Source of the DNA: an uncultured Candidatus Rokubacteria bacterium
GTDB lineage: Bacteria > Methylomirabilota > Methylomirabilia > Rokubacteriales > DASRDR01
Reading direction: 5' to 3'
Assembly (NCBI GenBank): GCA_963805625.1
Contig: CAWDVE010000010.1
Coordinates: forward strand, 1,248,001-1,312,000
Length of the DNA stretch: 64,000 bases
Of the stretch, positions 40,039 through 51,359 are shown piece after piece. Below the pieces are notes generated by a model. It searched no databases. It saw only the letters and a list, made by a program, of their open reading frames with translations, and was not told the origin of the DNA. The position numbers were made by a program, and so were the translations under genes. Numbering within the stretch: the stretch's first letter is position 1; each line of letters begins with the position of its first letter.

Positions 40039-40595
40039 CGACCGCGACGACGTCCGAGCTGGCGATCGACCCCGCGGTTCGCGCGTACGTAGACGAGCGC
40101 CTGGCCGAGTTGCGCGCGCGGCAGCCCGACGACCGGGTCACGCTGGTGGTGTTCTCCGGCGAGCTCGACCGGAACCTCGCCGCTCTCGTCATCGCGACGG
40201 GCGCCGCGGCAATGGGACTCGAGGTCTCGATCTTCTACACCTTCTGGGGGCTCTCCGCCCTCAAGAAACGGCCGACCCTCAAGGGCAAGGGTCTCAAGGA
40301 GAGGCTGTTCACCCTCATGACGCCGAGCCGGTTGAACCGGATGCCCGTCTCCAAGATGAACTTCGGTGGCGCCGGGCGCGTCATGCTCCAGTCGATGATG
40401 CGGGACAAGCAGGTCACCTCCATCGACGAGTTGTTCGACATGGCCCGTCAGCTGGGGGTCAAGCTGATTGCGTGCACGATGTCCATGGACGTGATGGGCA
40501 TCGCCCGAGAGGAGCTGATCGACAACGTGGAGGTCGGTGGCGTCGCAACCTTCCTGGGGGACGCGGCCCGCTCGCGCGTGTCGCTCTTCGTCTGA
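40035..40595 (+). CDS. DsrE2 (DrsE_2/YrkE-like) sulfurtransferase
   Basis: ATGA overlap. FSGELD, GAAAMG..FYTFWGL, KLIACTMSMDVMG. Confidence 0.9.
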   Translation: MTTATTSELAIDPAVRAYVDERLAELRARQPDDRVTLVVFSGELDRNLAALVIATGAAAMGLEVSIFYTFWGLSALKKRPTLKGKGLKERLFTLMTPSRLNRMPVSKMNFGGAGRVMLQSMMRDKQVTSIDELFDMARQLGVKLIACTMSMDVMGIAREELIDNVEVGGVATFLGDAARSRVSLFV

Positions 40596-40635
40596 GCGGT
40601 TCGTGACCCGGCCCGGAGCCGCCTGAGCGCCAGCC

Positions 40636-41341
40636 GTGGTCTTCCAGCCGGAGCTGTCCTTGGTCGTCGAGGGTCGCGAGGGTCGAACGCCGTTGCTCCT
40701 TCACCGTGCGCCACATCGTCTGCGCCGGCTACACGAGCCGGGACCGGGCGGATGGCGAGCGGCACATCCGGGAGCTCGAGGGCCTTGGCATCGCGCGGCC
40801 GAAGGAGGTGCCAGTCTTCTTCGCCGTCGCCTCCTACCTCGCGACGGTCGAGCAGATCATCGAGGTCCAGGGCCCCTTCACGTCGGGTGAGGCCGAGGTC
40901 GCGCTGGTCCTCGGGCCGGGTGGCCCCTGGGTGACGGTCGCGAGCGACCAGACTGACCGCTTCGTCGAGCGCCACTCCGTGCCTGCCTCGAAGCAGCTCT
41001 GCCCCAAGGTGCTCGCCTCGACCGTCTGGCCCCTGGCCGATGTGGAGGACCACTGGGACGACCTCGAGCTCCGGGCGTGGGTTCGAAGCGGCCGGAAGCG
41101 GCACCTCTACCAGGAGGCCAAGCTGGGAAGCCTCCTCGCGCTGGACACGCTCCTCTTGGGTCTCCGCCGCCGCGTGGGCCGCGCGCTCGACGGCGTGGTC
41201 CTTCTCTCGGGGACGGTGCCGACCGTGGACGGCCAGCTAGTCTATGGCGACGCGTACGAGCTCGAGCTCGCCGACCCGCGACTCGGCCGAGCCATCCGCA
41301 CCCAGTACGCGGTGCGGGTGCTGGAGGGCGGGAAGCGGTGA
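40636..41341 (+). pseudogene. DUF2848-family protein with an apparent +1 frameshift near the N-terminus
   Basis: CAGYTSRD..HIREL, TSGEAE, SDQTDR, SKQLCPK, HWDDL, YQE, SGTVP in frame 40706-41341. The N-terminus LSLVVEGREGRTPL is in another frame from GTG 40636. Confidence 0.65.
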
Positions 41342-41521
41342 TGACCCCGCCCCAAGCGTTCGCCGGTGCCCTCCGACCCCCTTCGAGCCCGGGCCCGTCG
41401 ACACCGTGTGTCAATCCGGCGCGCCCCCTCGACCAATTGGGGTGAGATAGCCACCCCCTGGCAAGATAGTCCCGCCTGGCAGGCTTCGATGGCGAGGGCA
41501 AGCAAGGATCGGAGGCCGATA

Positions 41522-41730
41522 ATGAACACTGATTCGGTTCCGCCACCGGAGGTCGAGCACGCGAGGGTCAATGGCGTCGACCGTCCCTATCTTGGATTGC
41601 GGCGAACACCGCCCATCGCTGTATTTCCAAATCGCGACTCATTGTCATTCGCGGAGGAGGGCACCTCGCGCCGGCTGAACATGCCTCGGCATTCAACGAA
41701 GCCCTCCTGAGCTTCCTGAAGACCCTGTGA
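41522..41730 (+). pseudogene. Alpha/beta-hydrolase remnant (most of the gene deleted)
   Basis: SD GGAGG + N-terminus EVEHARVNGV joined out of frame to C-terminus SRLIVIRGGGHLAPAEHASAFNEALLSFL. Confidence 0.7.
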
Positions 41731-41750
41731 CTGGCAGGCCGTCAGCGGCG

Positions 41751-42014
41751 TCACGCCTCCCGGCGGGCGGCGCTGACGAGGCGACGCCAGCGCAGCGCAA
41801 TGATCCAGGTCAGCGCGCCGGCCACCAGCACCTGGCCGATGTCGACCAGGAGGTAGAGCCAGCTCACCGCCAGCTCGCCGCTGATCCAGCTCGCCATCGT
41901 ACCGATCAGAACACTCCCGACGGCGAGGATCCATCCCCGCAGTCGGCCCGACATGAGACAGGCGACGACGAGACCCAGAATGACCCCGAAGCCGACGGGG
42001 AAGACCTCTTCCAT
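41751..42014 (-). CDS. Small 3-TM membrane protein
   Basis: SD GAGGAGG; 87 aa, hydrophobic. Confidence 0.7.
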   Translation of the reverse strand: MEEVFPVGFGVILGLVVACLMSGRLRGWILAVGSVLIGTMASWISGELAVSWLYLLVDIGQVLVAGALTWIIALRWRRLVSAARREA

Positions 42015-42059
42015 GGGAACCTCCTCAAGACATCGGGCTGAGCGGACTCGATGCGCGCG

Positions 42060-42088
42060 ACTCTAGACGGCGGGCTCGGACCTGTCAA
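42060..42088 (-). promoter_or_regulatory. Sigma70-like promoter for the 42014 gene
   Basis: TTGACA-17 nt-TAGAGT on the minus strand. Confidence 0.6.
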
Positions 42089-42204
42089 TCGTGACCTGCC
42101 GGCCGATTGCGGCACCCCACAGCCTCGGCCTATCATCGGCGGCGTGCCGCTCCGAGCCTCGACTCGGAGCGGCAGCCAGACTCTCGGGAAGCGAGGTCAA
42201 CTCG

Positions 42205-45200
42205 ATGGATCCAGCGTGGTCCCAGGGCCTTCGTTGGCGCTGCATCGGCCCGCCCCGGGGCGGCCGCGTGGTGGCCGTCGCCGGGCACCCCACCGAGCCC
42301 ATGGTGTTCTACTTCGGCGCGGTGGCAGGCGGCGTGTGGAAGACGACGGACGGCGGCACCTACTGGGAGAACGTCTCCGACGGCTACTTCCGGACGGCGG
42401 CCATCGGCGCGCTCGCCGTGGCCGAGTCCGATCCCAACGTCATCTACGCCGGGACGGGAGAGGCGACGATCCGGATCGACGTCTCCTACGGCGACGGCGT
42501 GTACAGGACGACCGACGGCGGCAAGACGTGGACCCACGCCGGGCTCGGGGACACGCGCCATATCGGCAAGATCCAGGTCCATCCGAGGGATCCCGACCTC
42601 GTCTACGTCGCCGCGCTCGGCCACGCCTTCGGGCCGAGCCACGAGCGGGGCGTGTTCCGGTCCCGGGACGGCGGCCGTACGTGGCAGCAGATCCTGTTCC
42701 GGAGCGAGCGGGCGGGAGCGATCGATCTCGCCCTCGACCGGACCAATCCTCGCATCCTCTACGCCTCGACGTGGGAGGTGTACCGCCACTTCTGGACGCT
42801 GTCGAGCGGCGGCCCCGATAGCCGGCTCTACAAGTCGGTCGACGGGGGCGATACCTGGGCCGATCTCACCGACAATCCCGGGCTGCCGCTGGGGATCATG
42901 GGAAAGGTCGGCGTCACCGTGTCCCCGGCCCGCCCCGACCGCGTGTGGGCCATCATCGAGGCGGAGAAGGCAGGTCTCTACCGCTCGGATGATGGTGGAC
43001 GGAGCTGGGAGCTCGTCTCCGACAACCGCGACCTGATCCATCGCCCCTGGTATTACTGCCACGTGTTCGCCGATCCGGTGGACCCCGACACCATCTACGT
43101 CACCAACCTGAAGATGTGGAAGTCGACTGACGGCGGGCGCACGTTCACGGAGATCACGACGCCCCACGGTGACAATCACGACCTCTGGATCGATCCTCGG
43201 GACCCCCGCCGGATGATCGAGGGCAACGACGGCGGCGCCTGCGTCTCGTTCAACGGCGGCCAGAGCTGGTCGACGATCTACAACCAGCTCACCGCGCAGT
43301 TCTACCACGTGGCGATCGACGACCAGCATCCCTACCGCGTCTACGGCACCCAGCAGGACAACTCGAGCGTGAGCGTGCCGAGTGCTTCGGAGAACGGGGG
43401 TATCACTTGGGGTAACTGCGACCCCGCGGGCACCGGGGAGAGCGGGTACATCGCGGTCGATCCTCGCGATCCGAACGTGGTGTACGTCGGCGCGGTGGGG
43501 AGCTCGCCGGGCGGCGGGGGCGCCCTCCAGCGCTACGACCACCGGACACGCCAGATCCGGCTGGTGACAGTCTGGCCCGAGGTCTACTACGGCTGGGGCG
43601 CCAAGGACTTGAAGTACCGGTTCGCCTGGACCTTCCCCATCGTCTTCTCGCCTCACGACCCCGGCACGCTCTACGCCACCGGGAATCTCGTCTTCCGGAC
43701 GCGGGACGAGGGATCGAGCTGGGAGGCGATCAGCCCCGACCTCACCCGGCAGGACCTGACCAAGCTCGAGGCGTCCGGCGGCCCGCTCACCAAGGACACG
43801 AGCGGGGCCGAGCACTACGGCACGGTGTACGCCTTCGCGGAGTCGCCTCGGGAGCGCGGCGTGCTGTGGGCGGGGAGCGACGACGGCCTGATTCACGTCT
43901 CCCGGGACGACGGCCTCACCTGGCAGAACGTGACGCCGCCCGACCTGCCCGAGTGGTCGCTGATCGCGACGATCGAGCCTTCGACCCATGCCTCGGGCGC
44001 GGTCTACCTCGCGGCCACGCGCTACAAGGTCGACGACTACCGCGCCTACCTCTACAAGACCGAGGACTACGGCCGAACCTGGCGGAATCTCGCCGCGGGG
44101 TTTCCGCCCGGGGAGATCAGCCGCGTGATCCGGGAAGACGCCGTCCGGCCCGGTCTCCTCTACGTCGGAACGGAGACGGGCATCGCGGTCTCCTGGGATG
44201 ACGGCGGAACGTGGCACAGATGTCCGTGGAACCTGCCGGTGAGTCCCGTGTACGACCTCGCGATCAAGGGCAGCGATCTCGTGGCGGCGACCCACGGGCG
44301 CTCCTTCTGGGTCCTGGACGACCTCACTCCCCTGCGCGCGCTGACAGCCGAGGTCACCGCCGCGGTCGCGCACCTCTTCCCGCCCCGGGCGACGGTGCGT
44401 CCGTGGCAGAACTGGAGCGTCGACCTCTTCCGGGGCCCCGGCAAGACCTACAAGAACTACATGATGGCGCTCGGGACCGGGCTCACGTTCTACGAGGAGC
44501 GGACGCCCGAGGGCGAGCGCGTGCGCACGTTCCTTGACGCCGGGGAGAACCCCCCGGTCGGCGCCATCGTCTACTACGCCCTGGGCGAGGCGACGGGGGG
44601 GCCTGTCTCCCTGACGTTCCTCGACGACAAGGGCGCGGTGATCCGCACGTTCACGACGAAGCCGGAGACGCCGCCGGCCGCCAACGCCGGGGCGGCCGCG
44701 GGGACCGCCAGCCCGGCCGCTCTGACCCCGCCGCCGGACGAGCGCTACATCACGGCCAGGCCCGGTCTCAACCGCTTCGTGTGGGACCTCCGCTACCCCG
44801 GCGCGGAGAGGGTACCGGGCGATGTCTCGACCGAGAAGGCGATCACCGGGCCGCTCGCGCCGCCGGGCCGCTACCAGGTCCGCCTCACGGTGGGTGACCG
44901 GTCGTGGACCCAGCCGCTCGAGGTGAGGAAGGACCCGCGCGTCTCCGCCACCCAGGGGGAGCTCGACGCGCAGTTCGCACTGTGGCGCCAGATCCGCGAC
45001 ACCCTGTCGGAGACGCACGCCGGGATCAACCAGCTGCGGCGGATTCGCCGCCAGGTCAGCGACTGGTCCCAGCGCCTCCGCGAGTCACCTCCTTCTGACG
45101 CGTCCTCCCCAATTCGGGGCGCGGGCTCTGGCGGACCTCGACCGCCTGGCCGAGAGGGTTCCGGCGTCGTGCGGTCCGGGGTCATCGCCGAGGCGGCCGA

Positions 45201-45495
45201 TCGACTCCTGGCAAAGCTCACCGAGATCGAGACCGAGCTGATCCAGACCTCGGCCCGGAACTCGATGGACGCCCTTCGGCTGCCCGCGCGCTTGAATCTC
45301 CGTCTCGCCTCCCTGGTCAGTGTGCTATCGAGCGCCGACGCGGCGCCTCCCCGGCAGGCGTTCCTGGTCTACGAGCATCTCGCCGGCCTAGCCCGTCGGG
45401 AGCTGGGCCGGCTCGAGGCGCTCATCGAAACCGACGTGGTCGAATTCAACACCCTGGTGCGCGAGGCCAACCTGCCAGCGATCGCAACTCGATAG
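42205..45495 (+). CDS. VPS10/sortilin-like BNR-repeat beta-propeller protein (putative glycosyl hydrolase)
   Basis: WRCIGPPRGGR, many SxDGGxTW Asp-boxes, HGDNHDLWIDP, GTQQDNS, ATHGRSFW. No signal peptide. Confidence 0.9.
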   Translation: MDPAWSQGLRWRCIGPPRGGRVVAVAGHPTEPMVFYFGAVAGGVWKTTDGGTYWENVSDGYFRTAAIGALAVAESDPNVIYAGTGEATIRIDVSYGDGVYRTTDGGKTWTHAGLGDTRHIGKIQVHPRDPDLVYVAALGHAFGPSHERGVFRSRDGGRTWQQILFRSERAGAIDLALDRTNPRILYASTWEVYRHFWTLSSGGPDSRLYKSVDGGDTWADLTDNPGLPLGIMGKVGVTVSPARPDRVWAIIEAEKAGLYRSDDGGRSWELVSDNRDLIHRPWYYCHVFADPVDPDTIYVTNLKMWKSTDGGRTFTEITTPHGDNHDLWIDPRDPRRMIEGNDGGACVSFNGGQSWSTIYNQLTAQFYHVAIDDQHPYRVYGTQQDNSSVSVPSASENGGITWGNCDPAGTGESGYIAVDPRDPNVVYVGAVGSSPGGGGALQRYDHRTRQIRLVTVWPEVYYGWGAKDLKYRFAWTFPIVFSPHDPGTLYATGNLVFRTRDEGSSWEAISPDLTRQDLTKLEASGGPLTKDTSGAEHYGTVYAFAESPRERGVLWAGSDDGLIHVSRDDGLTWQNVTPPDLPEWSLIATIEPSTHASGAVYLAATRYKVDDYRAYLYKTEDYGRTWRNLAAGFPPGEISRVIREDAVRPGLLYVGTETGIAVSWDDGGTWHRCPWNLPVSPVYDLAIKGSDLVAATHGRSFWVLDDLTPLRALTAEVTAAVAHLFPPRATVRPWQNWSVDLFRGPGKTYKNYMMALGTGLTFYEERTPEGERVRTFLDAGENPPVGAIVYYALGEATGGPVSLTFLDDKGAVIRTFTTKPETPPAANAGAAAGTASPAALTPPPDERYITARPGLNRFVWDLRYPGAERVPGDVSTEKAITGPLAPPGRYQVRLTVGDRSWTQPLEVRKDPRVSATQGELDAQFALWRQIRDTLSETHAGINQLRRIRRQVSDWSQRLRESPPSDASSPIRGAGSGGPRPPGREGSGVVRSGVIAEAADRLLAKLTEIETELIQTSARNSMDALRLPARLNLRLASLVSVLSSADAAPPRQAFLVYEHLAGLARRELGRLEALIETDVVEFNTLVREANLPAIATR

Positions 45496-45532
45496 TCCTT
45501 CGACCGGCCGCCCACACGGCGTGAGGAGACAC

Positions 45533-46210
45533 ATGGCGAAGACACGCGGGACGGGACTCCTGATGCTCTGGACGGACATCGACGCCGAGCACGAGGCGGC
45601 GTTCAACCGCTGGTACGACGAGGAGCACCTGGACCGGCTCCTGGCGGTGCCGGGGTTCCTCTCGGCCTCGCGCTACGTGGCGCTCAGAGGCGGCCCCAGG
45701 TACCTGACGATGTACGAGCTGGAAGACGTCGCCGTCCTGCGGACGGCCGCGTTCCTGGACGAGGTGCGGTTCCGACCGTCACCGGAGCGGCAGCGGGCGT
45801 CGGGCGGCCACATCGGCCGCAATTATCTACTGAACGGCTATCGCCAGATCTTCCCGGCCCGGACGGATCCGATCGAGCTGACCATGGGACCGTCACCCTA
45901 CCTCCAGATGGGGCGCATCGACGTGCCCGCGGCCATCGAGGAAGAGTTCAACGACTGGTACAACTGGGTCTACATCCCGACCTATCTCACGGTGCCCGGT
46001 GTCATCCGCGCACGGCGGTTCGTCGCGGTCGACGCCCAACCCAAGTATCTGACCGTGTACGAGTTCGAGCGGGCCGACGTGCCGGACAGCGAGGCGTGGA
46101 ACCGAGCCCGCGAGTCGAGCCCGTGGAGCCGGCGTATCCGCCCCCAGATGCGCCTCGACCCCGGCTCGCCGGCGGTATTTCGACGGATACGGCCGGGTCA
46201 GGTGCCGTGA
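45533..46210 (+). CDS. Tandem DUF4286/EthD-like dimeric alpha+beta barrel protein
   Basis: Two repeats of FNxWY..(H)..LxVPG..AxR..PxYLTxYE. Confidence 0.75.
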   Translation: MAKTRGTGLLMLWTDIDAEHEAAFNRWYDEEHLDRLLAVPGFLSASRYVALRGGPRYLTMYELEDVAVLRTAAFLDEVRFRPSPERQRASGGHIGRNYLLNGYRQIFPARTDPIELTMGPSPYLQMGRIDVPAAIEEEFNDWYNWVYIPTYLTVPGVIRARRFVAVDAQPKYLTVYEFERADVPDSEAWNRARESSPWSRRIRPQMRLDPGSPAVFRRIRPGQVP

Positions 46211-46498
46211 GCGGTGGCCAGTCGAGATCAGGCCGCCTCGTCGATCTGCATTGTCCTGACCTGCTCGCCTCCGCCGGAAGAGATCGGCGCAAACATTCGG
46301 GCATTCTCGGCAATCAGAGTCGAGCAACTGACGGCTTGGGTCGTCAACCCGTCGGCGGACGAGGCCCCGCCGACTGTCCCCCGGACAGCCCCGCGACATC
46401 ATGTTCGTCGCCCGGCCGTTGCCCGTGAGAAGATCGCTATAAGGTTGGTCGGCCCGCCAGCACCCTGGAGAGTCTGACAGCCAGAGAAAGGTCGGTTC

Positions 46499-47770
<1,272 letters not shown>

Positions 47771-48037
47771 GGGCTCAACTGGTGCGCCGGGGACGTTTCC
47801 CTTGGCTGCGTGGGTGGTGATCGAGTCCTACCGGTCGTGGAGGGTTCATTCCTATTCCTGGCCCTGCCCCGAACGGCTGGCGACACTTTGTTCGGACACG
47901 AGGCACGCGCGATCGTAGATCTCCCGGTGCTTCGCGCCGCTCTGCACCCGACCGGTAACGATGCCGAGCCCGACTCACCTTGATCCAGAGACCGCGAGCC
48001 GCCCGGCCCGCGGTCGGGGCCGTGCGGGACAGCGCCG

Positions 48038-48814
48038 TCAGCCGGCGGCGCCGCTCAGGAGCGCGAGCGCCTCGTCGTGGAGATGCCCGTTCGAGGCGAG
48101 CGCGGTACCGGAGTAGATCGTCGGGCGCCCGACGAAGTCCGTGAACCGCCCGCCGGCCTCCTCAAAGAGGACCTTGAAGGGCGCGATGTCCCAGGCTTTC
48201 ACGTCGGCCTCCAGCATGAGCTCCGCCTGCCCGCGCAGGACGAACGTGTAGCCGAAGTAGTCGCCGAAGCCGCGCTGGCGGTCCGTGCGCTCGACGAGGC
48301 GGACGAACCCGTCCCAGCACCGCCCCCCGTCGAGCGGGCGGAGCAGATTCAGGCTCGAGTGCACCAACATGGCGTCGCCCAGGCGGTCGACGGGCGAGAC
48401 CCGGAGCCGGATACCATCCGCCCACGCCCCCTGCCCGCGCCGTGCCCAGAAGAGCTCCCCCGTCGCCGGCGAGTGGACCACGCCCAGCGTGACTTCCCCG
48501 TCCTCCTCCAGGGCGAGGAGCGTCGCCCAGTAGGGAATCCCCCGGATGAAGTTCTTCGTCCCGTCGATGGGATCGACGATCCAGCGCCTGGACTGGCTCC
48601 CCTGGGCTCCGAACTCCTCACCGAGGAACCCGATGTCGGGGAACTCGGGGCGGAGCCGCTCCACGATGGCGACCTCCGCCTCGTGGTCGGCCTGGGTGAC
48701 GGGCGTCTGATCGGCCTTCCGCATGACGCGAAGGTCCCTGCGGAAGTAACGGAGCGCGAGCGCGCCGGCGGTGCGGGCCGCATCGAGCGCGGCCTCGAGG
48801 GCGCGGTCGGTCAC
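48038..48814 (-). CDS. hisN: Histidinol-phosphatase (HisN)/inositol monophosphatase family
   Basis: KAD.TPVTQAD, GEEFG, WIVDPIDGTKNFIRGIP.WATL, RGFGD, WDIA. Confidence 0.8.
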   Translation of the reverse strand: MTDRALEAALDAARTAGALALRYFRRDLRVMRKADQTPVTQADHEAEVAIVERLRPEFPDIGFLGEEFGAQGSQSRRWIVDPIDGTKNFIRGIPYWATLLALEEDGEVTLGVVHSPATGELFWARRGQGAWADGIRLRVSPVDRLGDAMLVHSSLNLLRPLDGGRCWDGFVRLVERTDRQRGFGDYFGYTFVLRGQAELMLEADVKAWDIAPFKVLFEEAGGRFTDFVGRPTIYSGTALASNGHLHDEALALLSGAAG

Positions 48815-50007
48815 GACCGGGGCAGTCCGAGCACGCGGTCGCCGATGATGCTGCGCTGGATCTCCGATGTCCCGCCGGCGATGGCGAAGCGACGCGCGAA
48901 GACCGTCTGGAAGGCCCAGCGGCCCCCGTCCGGCGCCCGCGAAGTCCCCCGCCAGAGCTGGCCGTGGAGTCCGAGGAGTCCGCTCGCCGTCTCTGCCATC
49001 CGCACGTACGCCTCGCTGAAGGCGAGCTTCAGCACCGAGCCCTCGGGCCCGGGCGGCTCACCGCGGAGCCGGCGCGTGACCGAGCGGAGGCTCGTGAGCC
49101 GGAGCGCCTCGGTCTCGATCCAGCACTGGGCCAGTGCCTGCCGCACAACCGGATCCTTCGACGCCGGCCCGTCACCACGCGGCGTCTGCCGGGCGAGGTC
49201 AAGGAGGCACCGGGTGAAGTGGTGGAGGTTCGTCTGGTTCCCGAGACCCGTTCGCTCGTGCATGAGAACCGTGATGCCGACCTTCCAGCCGCCGTCGAGC
49301 GGTCCGAGGAGGTGATCCCGGGGCACGCGGACGTCGTCGAAGAAGACCTCGTTGAACTCCGCGTCGCCAGTGAGCTGCACCAGCGGCCGGACGGTGATGC
49401 CCGGGCTCCGCATGTCCACGAGGAGGCACGAGATGCCCTCGTGTTTCGGCGCCGCCGGGTCCGTGCGGACGAGAAGGATGCACCAGTGACTCCGGTGGGC
49501 GTTCGACGTCCACACCTTCTGGCCCGAGACGCGGAAGGTGTCGCCGTCCAGGACCGCGCGCGTGCCGAGCCCCGCGAGGTCGGATCCCGCCCCGGGCTCG
49601 GAGAAACCCTGGCACCAGATGTCGTCGGCCGCGAGGATCGCGGGCAGGAAGCGTCGCCGCTGCGCCTCAGTCCCCCACTCCATGATCCCGGGACCCGCGA
49701 GCATGAGGCCGATGGTGTTCACCCCGGGCGGCGCCCCCGCCCGCACCATCTCCTCCTGGAAGATCATCTGGTCGACCAGGCTCGCGCCGCGCCCACCGTA
49801 CGTCTGGGGCCACGCGATCCCGACCCACCCGCCACGGTGGAGCCGCTTGTGCCACGCGAGGCACGCGTCGAACGACCGGTCGGGGTGGAGGGTGAACTCG
49901 TCGTCGGTGGCGGGCCACTCCGCGCGATGCGCGGGGAGCTCGCGCTCGAGCCATCCCCGCAGCTCGGCGCGGAAGGCCTCCTCGTCCGGCGAGAACGTGA
50001 AATCCAT
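48811..50007 (-). CDS. Acyl-CoA dehydrogenase (FadE-like)
   Basis: WCQGFSEPGAGSDLA, GQKVWTS, FNEVFFDDV, IAGGTSEIQ. Confidence 0.92.
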   Translation of the reverse strand: MDFTFSPDEEAFRAELRGWLERELPAHRAEWPATDDEFTLHPDRSFDACLAWHKRLHRGGWVGIAWPQTYGGRGASLVDQMIFQEEMVRAGAPPGVNTIGLMLAGPGIMEWGTEAQRRRFLPAILAADDIWCQGFSEPGAGSDLAGLGTRAVLDGDTFRVSGQKVWTSNAHRSHWCILLVRTDPAAPKHEGISCLLVDMRSPGITVRPLVQLTGDAEFNEVFFDDVRVPRDHLLGPLDGGWKVGITVLMHERTGLGNQTNLHHFTRCLLDLARQTPRGDGPASKDPVVRQALAQCWIETEALRLTSLRSVTRRLRGEPPGPEGSVLKLAFSEAYVRMAETASGLLGLHGQLWRGTSRAPDGGRWAFQTVFARRFAIAGGTSEIQRSIIGDRVLGLPRS

Positions 50008-50186
50008 CGTCAGGCCGTGTGGTAGCACACGCGGCTGGGGCGGTCAAGAACGCGCGATGCGGGAGCTTGTCAGGGCGCCGCCGCCGGCTTCCGCGACACC
50101 CAAGCGCGGCTTGCACTGCCGGGCGTCATGGTCGAGAATCGGCGCGCACCGGCAGCAGCAGGGCCACCACTCACCCGGAGGTCTCG

Positions 50187-50585
50187 ATGCCCAAGCAGCG
50201 ATACTGCGCGAAGACCACCTTCGATTCCTCTTCCTACAGCCAGGGCGTCAAAGTCAGCGGGTCCGGCACCACCCTCTACATCTCGGGCCAGATCGCCCAG
50301 GACGCCAAGGGCCGCGTCGTCGGCCGGGGCGACTTTCCGGCCCAGGCCCGGCAGACGCTCAAGAACCTGAAGGCCATGGTCGAGGCCGGGGGCGGTACGC
50401 TGTCCGACGTCGTGAAGCTGACCTTCTTCCTCACCGACGTGCGCTACCGGCAAGATCTCGTGCCGATCCGCGAGGAGTTCTTCGGGCCCAAGCTCCCGGC
50501 CTCCACGCTGATCACCACCCCGGCGCTCGCGCACCCTGACTACCTAATCGAGATCGAGGCCGTCGCCTTCGTGGAGGGTCGTTGA
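50187..50585 (+). CDS. Rid (YjgF/YER057c/UK114) family protein
   Basis: YSQGV, LYISGQ, PAST..LAHPDYLIEIEAVA; SD GGAGG. Confidence 0.9.
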   Translation: MPKQRYCAKTTFDSSSYSQGVKVSGSGTTLYISGQIAQDAKGRVVGRGDFPAQARQTLKNLKAMVEAGGGTLSDVVKLTFFLTDVRYRQDLVPIREEFFGPKLPASTLITTPALAHPDYLIEIEAVAFVEGR

Positions 50586-51352
50586 TGCGGCTCCAGGGCA
50601 AGGTCGCCGTGGTCACGGGCGCGGCCCGGGGAATCGGGCTCGCGATCGCCCAGCGGTTCGTCAAAGAAGGGGCTCGCGTCGCGCTGGCCGACCGGCTCGC
50701 GGCGGAGGTGGAGACCGAGGCGGCTCGGCTCGGCGCCTCCACGCTCGCCGTCCCCACCGACGTGGGGGACGCCGTGGAGGTGCGCCGCCTGATCACACGC
50801 ACCGTCGAGCGCTTCGGTCGGCTCGACTGCATGGTGGCGAATGCCGCGGTCCAGGCCGAGATCCCATTCCTGGATCTCACCGAGGAGGAGTTCGACCGCG
50901 TCATCCGCGTGAACCTCAAGGGCACGTTCCTCTGCGGGCAGACCGCCGCGCGTCACATGGTGCAGGCCGGCACCCGGGGCACGATCATCAACATGAGCTC
51001 GGTCAACGCGGTCGTCGCGCACCCCGTGCTGGTGCACTACGCCGCCTCCAAGGGCGGCATCTCCATGCTGACGAAGGGCATGGCCGTCTCGCTCGCGCCC
51101 CACGGCATCCGTGTCAACGGGATCGGGCCGGGCACGGTCAACACGCCGATCAACGCCAACTTCTTCAGCATGCCGGGCATGATCGACCGGTTCCTGATGC
51201 GAACTCCTCTCGGGCGCATCGCCGAGGCGGACGAGATCGCGAGCGTTGCGGTGTTCCTGGCATCGGACGAGGCATCCTACGTGACTGGCACCACCATCTA
51301 CGCCGACGGCGGGCGACTCGCGCTCAACGGCCTCATGGCGCGCCCGCAGTAG
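50585..51352 (+). CDS. Classical SDR oxidoreductase (glucose 1-dehydrogenase-like)
   Basis: TGAARGIG, NAA, S..YAASK, GPG. Confidence 0.9.
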   Translation: MRLQGKVAVVTGAARGIGLAIAQRFVKEGARVALADRLAAEVETEAARLGASTLAVPTDVGDAVEVRRLITRTVERFGRLDCMVANAAVQAEIPFLDLTEEEFDRVIRVNLKGTFLCGQTAARHMVQAGTRGTIINMSSVNAVVAHPVLVHYAASKGGISMLTKGMAVSLAPHGIRVNGIGPGTVNTPINANFFSMPGMIDRFLMRTPLGRIAEADEIASVAVFLASDEASYVTGTTIYADGGRLALNGLMARPQ

Positions 51353-51359
51353 TCGGCCC

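Noticed and set aside
46211-46498. Small ORFs or riboswitch upstream of gdhA
   Set aside because: No recognisable aptamer, and the ORFs lack supporting motifs.
47771-48037. Small gene or ncRNA between gdhA and hisN
   Set aside because: No SD, recognisable motif or convincing structure.
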